A DNA stretch of 64,000 nucleotides, taken from a virus. The notes beneath the pieces are model-generated. The model saw only the letters and a list, made by a program, of their open reading frames with translations, was not told the origin of the DNA and did not search any database. How positions within the stretch are numbered: position 1 is the stretch's first letter; every line of letters starts with the position of its first letter. Made by a program: the position numbers and the translations under genes. Below are positions 30,380 to 40,830 of this stretch, in pieces. The DNA is taken from positions 1 through 64,000 of IMG/VR virus record IMGVR_UViG_3300048592_001371; one strand, written 5' to 3'.

Positions 30380-30403
30380 GGTGGGCTGGGAAACCAGCCC
30401 ACC
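30380..30403 (+). terminator. GAAA-tetraloop hairpin
   Basis: GGTGGGCTGG-GAAA-CCAGCCCACC perfect stem, weak U-tract. Confidence 0.55.
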
Positions 30404-30454
30404 CTTCCCATCAACGAATTCCGAATTTCATGCAGTGAACGGAGATAGAACGTC

Positions 30455-33400
30455 ATGGAAATTGATAGCCCTAAGGTACGAGAGGGTACTGGCGTAACGA
30501 ACCTGACAGCTCCTTCTGGTGCTAATCTGCCGACGATAGACATCTCGATCGGCGAGCTGTTCTACAAAACAGGAGCTGGCGCGGGCTTCTACGGAGCCGA
30601 CGGTAGTGTCTTCTCCCGATTCATCTACGAGAGCGAGCTTTCGGCTCACGCGGGCGATGCGGCATTGCATCTGACCGTGGGCCAGAATTCGTTCCTCGAC
30701 GCCATCACGGTTAGCTCCGCAGAAGTGAACTATTTGTCCGGTGTGACGAGCAACGTACAAACGCAGCTGACCGGGAAGCTGAATCTATCCGGTGGTACGA
30801 TGACGGGAGCACTCACTCTGAGTGCCGACCCGACTCTTGCGTTGCACGCTGCGACAAAACAGTACGTCGATTCCTTGGTTGGGGGCGGTGGAACCGTTAC
30901 TTCGGTGGCGGCGACGGCTCCCATCGCCGGGTTGACCGTCTCTGGCAGCCCTATTACTGGAGCGGGCACGCTAGTCTTTGCTCTAGCAAACGACCTTGCA
31001 GCTCTCGAAGGATTGTCAGGTAATGGAATAGCGGTACGCTCCGCGTCCGATACCTGGGTGCAACGCAGCCTCATAGGGACAAACGACCAAATCTCCGTGC
31101 AAGACGGGAACGGCGTTGGTGGTAACCCCACCCTCAGCATAGCGGACAATCCCATTCTGCCAGGCACGGGAGCCGTGACGGTGCCGATCGGGACGGCCGC
31201 TCAGCAGCCGGGTTCTCCTGTCAATGGCATGATTCGGTACAACTCAACGGACGACAAGTTCGAAGTCCGTGAGGCTGGCGCGTGGGCTCCTGTCACCGGT
31301 GGTGGCATACTGGAGCAATACACGGCTACGGCTACAGCAAGCCAGACCGTGGTGAACCTGCCTTGGTCGTACTCGACGGGTGCGAATCAGATCCTGGTGT
31401 GGATCGAAGGTGTCAAACAAGTCACCTCTGTGGATTTCACCGAGACAAGCAGCACCTCGATCACATTCGGCACCGGCCTGGCACTAGGCGACCGGATCGA
31501 GGTCATCAAACACGTCAAATCCAACGTCGTTACTTTGCCGGATGTCGGTACTCCAGGTACTTATACACAAGTCACAACGGATTCCAAAGGCCGTGTGACC
31601 AGCGGTGCGAACCCAACAACGCTCGCGGGTTATGGCATCACGGATGCGGCACCTATCAGCCACGTCAGCGACGAAACAATCCACTTAACCTCTGGTCAGA
31701 ATACGTGGATTGACGCGATCACCGCCACCTCGGCAGAAGTGAACTATCTGTCGGGTGTGACGAGCAGTATCCAGACGCAGTTGAACAACAAGCAGGCCAT
31801 CCTGGGTTACACCGCGGAAGACGCAGCCAACAAGAACGCAGTCAACGGATATGCCGGTCTCGATGGTAGTGGCAAGATCAGTTCGTCGCAATTGCCGTCG
31901 ATTGCCATAACGGATACGTTCGTGGTTGCTTCGCAGGTTGCCATGTTGGCGCTGACTGCGCAGACGGGTGACGTAGCGGTTCGCACAGACGAGAACAAGT
32001 CCTACATTCTTCAAGGTACTGATCCTACCAACCTTGCTCACTGGCAGGAATTGCTGACACCGACGGATTCGGTAGCGTCCGTGAATGGCATGACGGGTGT
32101 CGTTACGATCAGCACGATCACCGGCAATGCTGGTTCTGCAACGATTCTGCAAACGGGACGCACTATCGGAATGACAGGCGACGTGACGTGGACCAGCGCC
32201 TCCTTCGATGGTTCTGGTAACGTCACGGGTTCTTCTACTCTGGCAAACTCCGGCGTCTCTCCCGGAACATACACCTCCGTGACGGTCGATGCCAAGGGTC
32301 GTGTGACTTCCGGTTCCAATCCAGGTGGTGGCACGTTTGCGGACGGAACGGCCGGTTCACCCAGTATTACCTTCACTGCCGATACAGACACAGGTTTCTA
32401 CCGCCAAGCTGCGAACACGATTGGAGTAGCGGCGGGCGGAATCGAGATAGGGCGTCTGTACAACAATGGTGGATACGGACAATTCCTGGTCAACGACACC
32501 AACCCGAACCCGTCTCGTCCGATATATAGCGCGGTTGGCTTTGGCACTACCGGCTTCCACATCGGTAGCGCGACTTATGCGGGTATCTCGATCCAAGGAA
32601 CAATGCGCCTGACAGTAGATAACACCGGGGCTGGCGTTAATGGCACCTTGAGCTGCAATGCTTTCACGGGTGGCGAAATCTCGATGAAGCCTGGCATAAG
32701 CAATCCAGCGTATGGTGTAACGATCGAGGCCGGAGAGAATTCTGCTTCGGGGAACACGTCGGGAACGGTGTCGATCAAAGGTGGCTCTGGCGCGACGTGG
32801 AACGCTCACGGTGGTTCTGTCCTACTCAGAGGTGGCGTGGCAGGCGCTACGAACCGCAACTCAGGTGATGTGAACATTGAGACTCCGGTTCCTACAGGCT
32901 CCGGCAATGCTGGTAACATCTACATTCGTACGAATAACGTCCTGCGCTTCCGTATCAATGAATCAGGAGCCTTGGGTGTAGGTGTTGGCGCAAGCTACGG
33001 CAGTACGGGGCAGGTTCTTACGTCCCAGGGTACTAACTCGATTCCCATCTGGAGCACCATTTCGTCCACGCCGGCTGGTTCCAATACGGAGATTCAGTAC
33101 AACAACGCGGGAGCGTTTGGTGCCAGCTCCTACCACGCCTGGAATAACACTACTCGTGTGCTGACAGTTGCGGGCCCTGATTCGACAACGGCTACCATAG
33201 AAAACTTGACTGGCGACCAAAGACACCTTCTGATTAAAGCTGGAACGGCTGGGGCTAGCATGAATGGTGGCAACCTATCATTGCAGGCTACTGCTGGTTT
33301 GGCCGGTTCCAATGGTGGTAACGTCTTAATTACGGCCGGCGATGCTACTCTGGCTGTCGCGAACGTAGGCAAGATAGTGCTGCAGGCCGGATTGGCACCC

Positions 33401-34735
33401 TCCGGTAGCTCCACCGGGTACATCCAACTGGCCACATCAGCAGCTAACGCTTCCGTAAGTAGGTTGGTCATCAATCAAAACGGCTCGTGGTCCCTCGGTA
33501 ACCCAGGTGCCGGCACTGGTACAGCGGGGCAGTATTTTCAATCCGCTGGCTCCGGATCCCCGCCAACGTGGCAGTCATTCCCGACGACTGTGGCTGGATA
33601 TGGTATCACCGACGTCTATACCAAGACCGAGGTGGACAGTCTCATCACGGGACTTGATTTCAAAGCTTCTGTCCGTGTAGCTACTACGGCTCCGATTACG
33701 CTGTCGGGCACGCAGACAATCGACGGTGTTTCCGTGATTGCCGGTGACAGGGTACTCGTCAAGGATCAGGGAACGGCTTCCGAGAACGGCATTTACGTCT
33801 GCGCGGCCGGGTCCTGGTCACGGTCTACAGACGCGGACGTCAGTGCCGAAGTCACTACGGGAATGTATGTCTTCGTCAGCGAAGGTACATCGAACGCAGA
33901 TTCGGGCTGGGTGTTGTCGACCAATGACGCAATCACGTTAGGAACAACGGGTTTGACCTTCGTCCAGTTCAACGGCTTGGGGCAGATCACTGCGGGGGCC
34001 GGTCTTACCAAGACTGGCAACCAGTTGGACATCGTTACGGCCTCCTCTTCCCGTATCGTGGTAAACGCCAATGACATCGATCTGGCGACTACGGGTGTTG
34101 GCGCGGGAACGTACAATTCGTTGACCGTTGACGTGTATGGACGCGTAACGGCTGGTTCCAATCCGACGACACTTGCTGGGTACGGAATCACCGACGCACA
34201 GGGACTTGACACTACTCTGACTGCGCTGGCTGCGTTCAACACCAACGGTCTGATGGTGCAAACGGCTGCGGACACGTTCAACGCCAGAACACTGACAGGT
34301 ACGGCCAATCGCATCACCATTACGAACGGTGATGGTGTATCGGGCAACCCCGTGTTCGACATTGGTACAGACGTCGTGACGTTGACAGGCACGCAAACGC
34401 TGACCAACAAGACGATGACCAACGCTGACAATACGGCCCAAACGCTGACGGACGCGGCAACCATCAGTTGGGATATGAACAGCGGTGGTATTGCTACTGT
34501 GACGCTGGGTGGAAACCGGACGATGGCGGCGCCGACCAATCTCAAGAAAGGCACGTACATCTTGAAGGTGATTCAGGACGGTACGGGTAGCAGAACATTG
34601 GCCTGGAACGCGGTCTTCAAGTGGGCCAGCGGCACGGCACCTACTCTGTCGACAGCGGCCGGCACGGTGGACATACTGACATTCGTGTGCGACGGTACGA
34701 ACATGTACGGAAGCATTGTCAAGGCATTCTCTTAA
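30455..34735 (+). CDS. long tail fibre protein (1426 aa)
   Basis: Three GTY..VTVD..GRVT.G.NP repeats, TLAGYGITD, duplicated AEVNYLSGVTS, C-terminal QDGTGSRT adaptor-type domain. Confidence 0.88.
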   Translation: MEIDSPKVREGTGVTNLTAPSGANLPTIDISIGELFYKTGAGAGFYGADGSVFSRFIYESELSAHAGDAALHLTVGQNSFLDAITVSSAEVNYLSGVTSNVQTQLTGKLNLSGGTMTGALTLSADPTLALHAATKQYVDSLVGGGGTVTSVAATAPIAGLTVSGSPITGAGTLVFALANDLAALEGLSGNGIAVRSASDTWVQRSLIGTNDQISVQDGNGVGGNPTLSIADNPILPGTGAVTVPIGTAAQQPGSPVNGMIRYNSTDDKFEVREAGAWAPVTGGGILEQYTATATASQTVVNLPWSYSTGANQILVWIEGVKQVTSVDFTETSSTSITFGTGLALGDRIEVIKHVKSNVVTLPDVGTPGTYTQVTTDSKGRVTSGANPTTLAGYGITDAAPISHVSDETIHLTSGQNTWIDAITATSAEVNYLSGVTSSIQTQLNNKQAILGYTAEDAANKNAVNGYAGLDGSGKISSSQLPSIAITDTFVVASQVAMLALTAQTGDVAVRTDENKSYILQGTDPTNLAHWQELLTPTDSVASVNGMTGVVTISTITGNAGSATILQTGRTIGMTGDVTWTSASFDGSGNVTGSSTLANSGVSPGTYTSVTVDAKGRVTSGSNPGGGTFADGTAGSPSITFTADTDTGFYRQAANTIGVAAGGIEIGRLYNNGGYGQFLVNDTNPNPSRPIYSAVGFGTTGFHIGSATYAGISIQGTMRLTVDNTGAGVNGTLSCNAFTGGEISMKPGISNPAYGVTIEAGENSASGNTSGTVSIKGGSGATWNAHGGSVLLRGGVAGATNRNSGDVNIETPVPTGSGNAGNIYIRTNNVLRFRINESGALGVGVGASYGSTGQVLTSQGTNSIPIWSTISSTPAGSNTEIQYNNAGAFGASSYHAWNNTTRVLTVAGPDSTTATIENLTGDQRHLLIKAGTAGASMNGGNLSLQATAGLAGSNGGNVLITAGDATLAVANVGKIVLQAGLAPSGSSTGYIQLATSAANASVSRLVINQNGSWSLGNPGAGTGTAGQYFQSAGSGSPPTWQSFPTTVAGYGITDVYTKTEVDSLITGLDFKASVRVATTAPITLSGTQTIDGVSVIAGDRVLVKDQGTASENGIYVCAAGSWSRSTDADVSAEVTTGMYVFVSEGTSNADSGWVLSTNDAITLGTTGLTFVQFNGLGQITAGAGLTKTGNQLDIVTASSSRIVVNANDIDLATTGVGAGTYNSLTVDVYGRVTAGSNPTTLAGYGITDAQGLDTTLTALAAFNTNGLMVQTAADTFNARTLTGTANRITITNGDGVSGNPVFDIGTDVVTLTGTQTLTNKTMTNADNTAQTLTDAATISWDMNSGGIATVTLGGNRTMAAPTNLKKGTYILKVIQDGTGSRTLAWNAVFKWASGTAPTLSTAAGTVDILTFVCDGTNMYGSIVKAFS

Positions 34736-34752
34736 TAGCAACTGGAGGTATC

Positions 34753-35229
34753 ATGCAGAAAAGATACTGGAGAACATTGGGTGGGCTGGACGCGTATCTT
34801 GGCCAGTCGTTCAAGAACGACGATGGTACGAGTTACCCCGCGAATTGGTTGTCGCTGTCTAGCCCAGAAGAGAAACTGGCTATAGGTCTGCAGGAAATAG
34901 TTGAGGAAGTTGTGGAAGAGCCTCCGACACCCGCAACAGCCTTGGAGCTGATCGAAAACGCCAAGAATGCCAAGTTGGCAGGAGTCGTTTCGTGGAATGG
35001 TTATTTCTTTCCTGCGAATCCGATGTTCCAAGCACAGATAACAGGACTTGTACTCTCCTTCCGGGAAGGTATCCTGCCTGCGGATAGTCAGGTTGAAGTG
35101 CGAACAGCGGATAACGTGACCTTGATGCTGACCAAGGCCCAACTCCTAGAACTGTCTGGCGTTCTGTTGCAATACGTTCGGCAGGCTTACAAAGACGCTT
35201 GGGATGCGATCGACGCTTTAGCAGTCTAA
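34753..35229 (+). CDS. tail fibre assembly-like protein (DUF4376-like)
   Basis: GGAGG SD; YPANWL N-terminus and RTADN..LT C-terminal pattern. Confidence 0.55.
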   Translation: MQKRYWRTLGGLDAYLGQSFKNDDGTSYPANWLSLSSPEEKLAIGLQEIVEEVVEEPPTPATALELIENAKNAKLAGVVSWNGYFFPANPMFQAQITGLVLSFREGILPADSQVEVRTADNVTLMLTKAQLLELSGVLLQYVRQAYKDAWDAIDALAV

Positions 35230-35238
35230 GGTGATACG

Positions 35239-36021
35239 ATGCTTCTGAATCCCATAGCATTTTGGTCGCCTGAAGTAGCGCCGACAAGTTTCGTATTCAA
35301 CGCGACAATCGCGTCCAACATCTACAATTACAACATAAAGTCTGCGGCCATAGCAGCCGGATGGAATCAGATATTACCCTTAACCGCTAACATCGCTATC
35401 AACAGCGGTATCTTTGTCGGTTCCACCTCCCCGGGAACACCAGCCTTCGATACTGGAATAACCTTCCCTGTAGGCAGTACGCTCGCGCTCATAAATCTGG
35501 GACGCATACAAGGGAAGGGTGGACAAGGAGGTTACGGGGCCGTTAGCTACAACGCCGCGAATGGATCTGCGGGTGGTACGGCGCTACGTGCTCAATACGC
35601 CATTTCCATTACCAACGGTAGTGGTTTAATATACGGAGGTGGCGGTGGCGGTGGCGGTGGTAGCAAAGTCTACTTCATGTCAGGCGACAAAACCCCCACC
35701 TGTTCAGCTGATGGATTCGGCGGTGGTGGTGGCGGTGGCGGTCAAGGATTCGATGGTGGGGCTTACGGCACAGGCTGGCATCCATACAATAACGGAAATT
35801 CCGGTACGTACTCGGCAGCCGGTGGTGTGAACACAATCAACTGTAGCCCGGCTGGCGTTGGTGGTAGCGCGGGCTCCTCTGGAGCAAACGGTGGACATCA
35901 GGCGGGTTACTGCGGAATTCATTATTCGGCGGGAACCGGGGGACCAGCCGGGTATGCGGTAATAGGTAACTCGTACATCACTTGGTTATCGGTAGGTACT
36001 CGACTCGGTCCAATTATCTGA
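35239..36021 (+). CDS. glycine-rich adhesin (T-even gp38-like)
   Basis: GRIQGKGG, GLIYGGGGGGGGG polyglycine motifs, GxAV.G...W..G end. Confidence 0.7.
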   Translation: MLLNPIAFWSPEVAPTSFVFNATIASNIYNYNIKSAAIAAGWNQILPLTANIAINSGIFVGSTSPGTPAFDTGITFPVGSTLALINLGRIQGKGGQGGYGAVSYNAANGSAGGTALRAQYAISITNGSGLIYGGGGGGGGGSKVYFMSGDKTPTCSADGFGGGGGGGGQGFDGGAYGTGWHPYNNGNSGTYSAAGGVNTINCSPAGVGGSAGSSGANGGHQAGYCGIHYSAGTGGPAGYAVIGNSYITWLSVGTRLGPII

Positions 36022-36031
36022 TAGGGAAATC

Positions 36032-36367
36032 ATGAATATCAAATGGCGAATCCTTGAATTGAATAAGGCTACTGGAAGTATCGTTGTCAATTTCTTCGAC
36101 GACACATTACTACCCGTAGGAGTTTCTTACAACTTTGATCTTCCAATCACAAACGGAGCCTTGCCCTCTGAAGAAGCTATCAAGGCTATGGTAAACGCTC
36201 AGATACCAATGCATATCTTCGATCGTATTGTTCAGCTACAATCGACAATAGACTCGACTTCGGTCGAAGAAATGATGTCCAAGACATACATAGCTGAGCC
36301 GCCCATCGGAGATATTCCGCCAATTGAAGTAATAGTGCAGCCAGCAATCGGGGTTGAGAATGTCTAG
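36032..36367 (+). CDS. hypothetical protein
   Basis: Tiles after the adhesin gene. Confidence 0.6.
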   Translation: MNIKWRILELNKATGSIVVNFFDDTLLPVGVSYNFDLPITNGALPSEEAIKAMVNAQIPMHIFDRIVQLQSTIDSTSVEEMMSKTYIAEPPIGDIPPIEVIVQPAIGVENV

Positions 36368-36866
36368 TGTTAAATTCTCGAATCGCGTCGTTGGAGATTT
36401 CATCTTATACGAAGCAATTGGGGAAATCGGGGATACGCACGCGTTACGTTTCCCAGTAGAGATTCTTCCTGGGGAAGAACCCTACATTCCTGTGATTTTG
36501 TCCGGGAAATGGACATTCGGTCCCTTCCCCGATGACGTCACTATTGAGATGCTTCCTGGACATACTGGACATCTCAATCCCAAACCGGCCGGTTCTCGCG
36601 TCATCACTTGTGTCGAACCTGGCAAGTACATCTGTTGTCATCCAGTAGCCCGGGGTAACAAATTCGGACACCGACGCATAGTGCTTGCTCAAAACGAGGA
36701 AACAACAATTCGACAGGGTGCTACGCTCGTGGTTGCAACAGGAGACTTCAACCTCAATGCGGGTGTAACGAAAAACTCCCCTTTGATTGCAAATGTCCAA
36801 TCAGGCGACGCTGTGCTGAAAGCTATCTCGGCCCAGGTAATAGCAGTAGAGCTCTGGAAGCTGTGA
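36360..36866 (+). CDS. hypothetical (possibly cupin-like) protein
   Basis: Beta-rich ORF overlapping both neighbours. Confidence 0.5.
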   Translation: MSSVKFSNRVVGDFILYEAIGEIGDTHALRFPVEILPGEEPYIPVILSGKWTFGPFPDDVTIEMLPGHTGHLNPKPAGSRVITCVEPGKYICCHPVARGNKFGHRRIVLAQNEETTIRQGATLVVATGDFNLNAGVTKNSPLIANVQSGDAVLKAISAQVIAVELWKL

Positions 36867-37639
36867 AGAAGCTTCATGTAATAGCCGGCTTGCCGCGCTC
36901 GGGGTCAACTCTGTTATCGGCGGTTCTGAAACAGAACCCCAAGTTTTACGCGGACATTACTTCGCCTCTGCTGAATTACGCAAGGGCGATTATAGACGAG
37001 ACGAGCAGGATTCCAGGAGCGGAAGCAACGGTTTCGGAAGAGGCTAGAGAACGCATCATTCGTGGGATTTTTGAGAGCTTTTACCTCGACTCCCCGAACG
37101 TAGTGTTCAATACGAACAGGACATGGTGTTCTGAGCTGCCTCTGTTAAAGGAAGTCTTTCCAGAAGCAAAGGTGATAGCTTGCGTTCGAGGATTAGGCTG
37201 GATAGCGGATTCGTTAGAGTTGCTATACCGAAAACATCCTACCTCTGTGCCCGGTATGTTCTTCAACGGGGACAGTAGGGCGAATGTGGAGCAACGAATC
37301 TCTACTTTGCTCAAGGACAACAGATTAATCGGAAGCGCTTTATCCTCGTTACGGGAAGGTCTTGCAAGTGAGCATTCGAAGGACGTACTGTTAGTCGAGT
37401 ATGACATGCTGACATCGAATCCAGGTGTCGAACTGCGACGCATATACGACTTCCTAGGTGAGCCAAATTTCGTTCATGATCTTGGATCTGTTTCGTATAA
37501 GAACGTAGCGTTCGATGAATCAGTTCGGATACCGGGCTTACATACAATCCGAAGACAGGTAACACACGTTCCGAGAAAGACCATTTTGCCGTATTCGCTG
37601 TTTGAGTCGCTAGAAGCGCAGAACTTCTGGCGTGTGTGA
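36863..37639 (+). CDS. sulfotransferase family protein
   Basis: GLPRSGSTLL 5'-PSB loop; VEYDML..P...LRRIYDFLG. Confidence 0.85.
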   Translation: MKKLHVIAGLPRSGSTLLSAVLKQNPKFYADITSPLLNYARAIIDETSRIPGAEATVSEEARERIIRGIFESFYLDSPNVVFNTNRTWCSELPLLKEVFPEAKVIACVRGLGWIADSLELLYRKHPTSVPGMFFNGDSRANVEQRISTLLKDNRLIGSALSSLREGLASEHSKDVLLVEYDMLTSNPGVELRRIYDFLGEPNFVHDLGSVSYKNVAFDESVRIPGLHTIRRQVTHVPRKTILPYSLFESLEAQNFWRV

Positions 37640-37660
37640 TAACTCTTCTAAGGACAGAGA

Positions 37661-38662
37661 ATGTTACTAGCACCCATGTCCTTTTGGACACCAGAAGTAG
37701 GAGGTGGAGGTGGGCCGTCTGGATCATCCTTGGTAGTAACGCACAATAACTCCCCGTATCTGATTAGGTACAATACGAGTGACTGGAGCCAGCTGGCAAA
37801 TCCAGGGACGTTACCTACAGGAAACGCAAACCACGCGGCATTTTCTCCAAACGGATCATTGCTGGCGATAGCGCATAACACGGCGCCGTACATAACCATC
37901 TACGAGACGGCGACGTGGACAAAGCTGCCGAATCCCTCGACGCTCCCGACCGGAGATGCGAACCGTGTGCGTTTTTCTCCGGATGGCAGCAAACTTGTTG
38001 TCACTTCGTATAACGCCTATTCTGGTGCGTCTAAGCTCCTTGTTTATGACACCAGTACGTGGGCCGCAATTTCTCCCGCATCACTCCCAGGGGGTATCCG
38101 GTGCTGGGGCGTTGATTTTTCACCCGACGGAACGCGATGCGCTGTCGGAGGTGTCTCGGCACCTAGGTTAGTGATATACGATACGGCCACATGGACGCCG
38201 ATTACCGGGCCTTCTTCGTTACCTACAGGTACGGGAACCTTTTATTGCTCCTTCTCACCGGACGGAACAAAATTAGCGGTTACGGATACGCTTACTCCCT
38301 GGATCTATATCTACAATACGAATGATTGGAGCAAACTAGCAAATCCCGCGGTATTACCGGGTTCTAACGGTCGAGGATGTTCTTGGTCGCCAGATGGGTC
38401 AAAATTGGCAGTAACCTCTACCTCGTCTCCTAGCTTGTCTGTCTATGAGACAACGGGGTGGACAAAGCTTACAATTCCGGGAGCCGCTCCAGCCGCGGGT
38501 AACCGATGCAAGTTTTCCCCCGATGGTACAAAGCTCGCTGTTTGCGATGGAACGACGTCTCCGTACATATTGCTGTATGAAACTGCCGGTTGGACACGTT
38601 TAGCTAACCCAGCTGTTTTACCCGCCGGTGCCGGCCAATCCCCGGCCTGGTCTCCGAATTAA
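37661..38662 (+). CDS. WD40-like beta-propeller protein, putative receptor-binding tip
   Basis: About seven ~43-aa repeats (FSPDG.KLAV...PY..IY.T..W.KL.NP..LP). Confidence 0.8.
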   Translation: MLLAPMSFWTPEVGGGGGPSGSSLVVTHNNSPYLIRYNTSDWSQLANPGTLPTGNANHAAFSPNGSLLAIAHNTAPYITIYETATWTKLPNPSTLPTGDANRVRFSPDGSKLVVTSYNAYSGASKLLVYDTSTWAAISPASLPGGIRCWGVDFSPDGTRCAVGGVSAPRLVIYDTATWTPITGPSSLPTGTGTFYCSFSPDGTKLAVTDTLTPWIYIYNTNDWSKLANPAVLPGSNGRGCSWSPDGSKLAVTSTSSPSLSVYETTGWTKLTIPGAAPAAGNRCKFSPDGTKLAVCDGTTSPYILLYETAGWTRLANPAVLPAGAGQSPAWSPN

Positions 38663-38681
38663 CTTTGTCTGAGGAAATATC

Positions 38682-40553
38682 ATGGTCACAAGAGTAGGCT
38701 CGACAGTTCTAAAACCGAACCTTGTCCTTCCGGGCAATGAATCACTGACGATCCCCAAGGGTACGACGGCGCAAGCTCCTTCACCTGTGAATGGTATGCT
38801 CCGTTACGATGAGACGACCAACAAGTTCCGGGTAGTCGAGAACGGCGTCTGGGTTGATGGAGTTGGCGGTGGTGGTTCGAGTATCTTCAGTGATCTAGCG
38901 GCCGCGACTGCCGCTAACACCATCAATAACGGAGATCATCAACAGATCTGGAACTGGTCGCTTACCACGCTCAACAAGGTGGCGTTAAGCCTTGCGGAAA
39001 ACGTGGCGTCGACAGGCGTGAACTCCAAGATTCTTGAGATAGCGACGCTTGCTGGATCTACTGCCTCCCCTATACTCGTAAGCATTGGCGGACAAGCCGT
39101 ATTCCAAGTAATGAATACAGGAAGTGTTTCGCTAATCGCCACCGACGATGCCGGTAACGCCCTATCGTTAGCGGCGGGTAGTGGAGGGGCCTCTAGCCAG
39201 GGTGGGGTCGTGTCCATCGCAGCAGGTTACGCTGGCACAGGCAGTGCGCCGAATCGAGTTGGTGGGTCAGTGAACATAGAGGGTGGCAGTGGTCAGAACT
39301 CTGACAATATCGGCGATGGTGGCTATGTTGAGATTCGGGGTGGTGGCGCCGATCCGACGCAAGGTAACGGAGGATACGTCTGGATGTACGGAGGCAATTC
39401 CGATACATTAGGAGGCGGTGGTTACGTCCTAATAGAAGGGGGTTCTTCCGCCGTCGAAGGAAATGGAGGAAACCTAACGCTGAATGGTGGAAACGGGGCC
39501 GGCACAGGTACTCCGGGTTCCTTGATGTTGAATGGTGGAACGAGTGATCTGCTCGGAGGTGCCATCACCATTCAAGGCGGGGCTGCGGGTGGTACAGACC
39601 AAAGCGGTGGTAACGTCGTTATCGTTTCAGGCGATTGCACAGGAAACAATGGTTTCTCCGAAGTAGACCTGCGCAGTGGTCTGCTCGATTCCGGTACGAT
39701 GACAGCTAGTCTCATCGCGGTACAGACGCCAAGCAACGACGGCATGGGAAATAAGTCTGGTGGATCTATTGTGATCCAGGGTGGTGATGGAGACGATGGT
39801 GCTACTCCAGAAGACGCGCAAGGTGGTGGAATAAACATCTTTGCTGGATACGGTGGTCTGACAGGCGGCAATGGTGGAACCATTTCTATCTACGCTGGTG
39901 GTGCTCAGGGTGGTAATGATGACGGTGGCGATGCTGTTATCGGGGCCGGTGCCGCAGATGGTACGGGACAACACGGCAGTGTTATGCTTGTTGCAAACAA
40001 CACCAACGTCCAGCTCACAGGAACAGGGTCACTCGCGCATTGGCACCCATCGAATACTCTGCAAACAACCGACACCGATGGTTTCCTCTACATCCGTGGT
40101 ATGCCCGGTGTTCCAACAGGGACGCCGAATGCGTATGGTACTAGTCACCCCTTGGCGTGGGACAGCAGTGGCTCAGCTCTGTACGTCTACGACACGGCTT
40201 GGCACAAGTTAGCAACTGTAGATGCCATCAACATCTATACCAAGACACAGATCAGCGAAGCTGTGAGCTTGGGTCATAACACGGCTTGGGACGCAAGTGA
40301 CAACCAACATCTGATGGTGAACGTGAACGGAAGCGCTTTCACTGTTGCCAATCCGACAAATCAGCAGAACCAAGCGTACTACTCGATGTATATCGAATTC
40401 ACCACGACACACTCGGTCTCCTTCGGCAATGCATTCAAAGGACTGGCCGGATACACTCCCTCAGCTACGGCGGGCAAGAAGGACCACCTCACATTCAGAA
40501 GCGACGGTACGAACCTGATGTGCACAGGTATCGCTACGGACATTGGAGCCTAA
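38682..40553 (+). CDS. glycine-rich tail fibre protein
   Basis: P.GTTAQ.P..NGMLRY module, GG.V.I.GG repeats, adaptor-type C-terminus (..SDGTNL). Confidence 0.75.
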   Translation: MVTRVGSTVLKPNLVLPGNESLTIPKGTTAQAPSPVNGMLRYDETTNKFRVVENGVWVDGVGGGGSSIFSDLAAATAANTINNGDHQQIWNWSLTTLNKVALSLAENVASTGVNSKILEIATLAGSTASPILVSIGGQAVFQVMNTGSVSLIATDDAGNALSLAAGSGGASSQGGVVSIAAGYAGTGSAPNRVGGSVNIEGGSGQNSDNIGDGGYVEIRGGGADPTQGNGGYVWMYGGNSDTLGGGGYVLIEGGSSAVEGNGGNLTLNGGNGAGTGTPGSLMLNGGTSDLLGGAITIQGGAAGGTDQSGGNVVIVSGDCTGNNGFSEVDLRSGLLDSGTMTASLIAVQTPSNDGMGNKSGGSIVIQGGDGDDGATPEDAQGGGINIFAGYGGLTGGNGGTISIYAGGAQGGNDDGGDAVIGAGAADGTGQHGSVMLVANNTNVQLTGTGSLAHWHPSNTLQTTDTDGFLYIRGMPGVPTGTPNAYGTSHPLAWDSSGSALYVYDTAWHKLATVDAINIYTKTQISEAVSLGHNTAWDASDNQHLMVNVNGSAFTVANPTNQQNQAYYSMYIEFTTTHSVSFGNAFKGLAGYTPSATAGKKDHLTFRSDGTNLMCTGIATDIGA

Positions 40554-40554
40554 G

Positions 40555-40785
40555 ATGAGAGTACGTAGCCGTAGCGAAATCGTTGGTCTGAGAAGGCAGC
40601 GTGGCTTCCTAGGAGGTATGGGCCCCGCAGCGAGCGGAGGAATTTCAGCCCTTCCTGAAATCGGACATTCCCTCCGTTTCAATTCGGCAGACTCGGCCTA
40701 TGCAACAATGGTTCCCGCAGTAGGGTATTTCGGCGCAATTCTAACACCCAAGGAAGTCCAGCAATTCCGGGACATGTACGAATGA
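40555..40785 (+). pseudogene. possible internally deleted adhesin remnant (or short virion peptide)
   Basis: 76 aa with SLRFNSADSAY, a motif that usually begins long LamG-type tip proteins. Confidence 0.35.
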
Positions 40786-40793
40786 CGATAGTC

Positions 40794-40807
40794 ACAATAA
40801 TTTAAGA
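40794..40807 (+). promoter_or_regulatory. candidate late promoter element
   Basis: ACAATAATTTAAGA, identical to intergenic 62553-62566. Confidence 0.45.
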
Positions 40808-40830
40808 GTGACGGATATAGGAAGGAAAAG

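Noticed and set aside
37661-38662. Regular ~130-bp periodicity as a CRISPR-like array
   Set aside because: Degenerate coding repeats of a beta-propeller; no identical DNA repeats or cas genes
40570-40620. RRQRGF as a type IV prepilin cleavage site
   Set aside because: Not followed by the hydrophobic helix with Glu5
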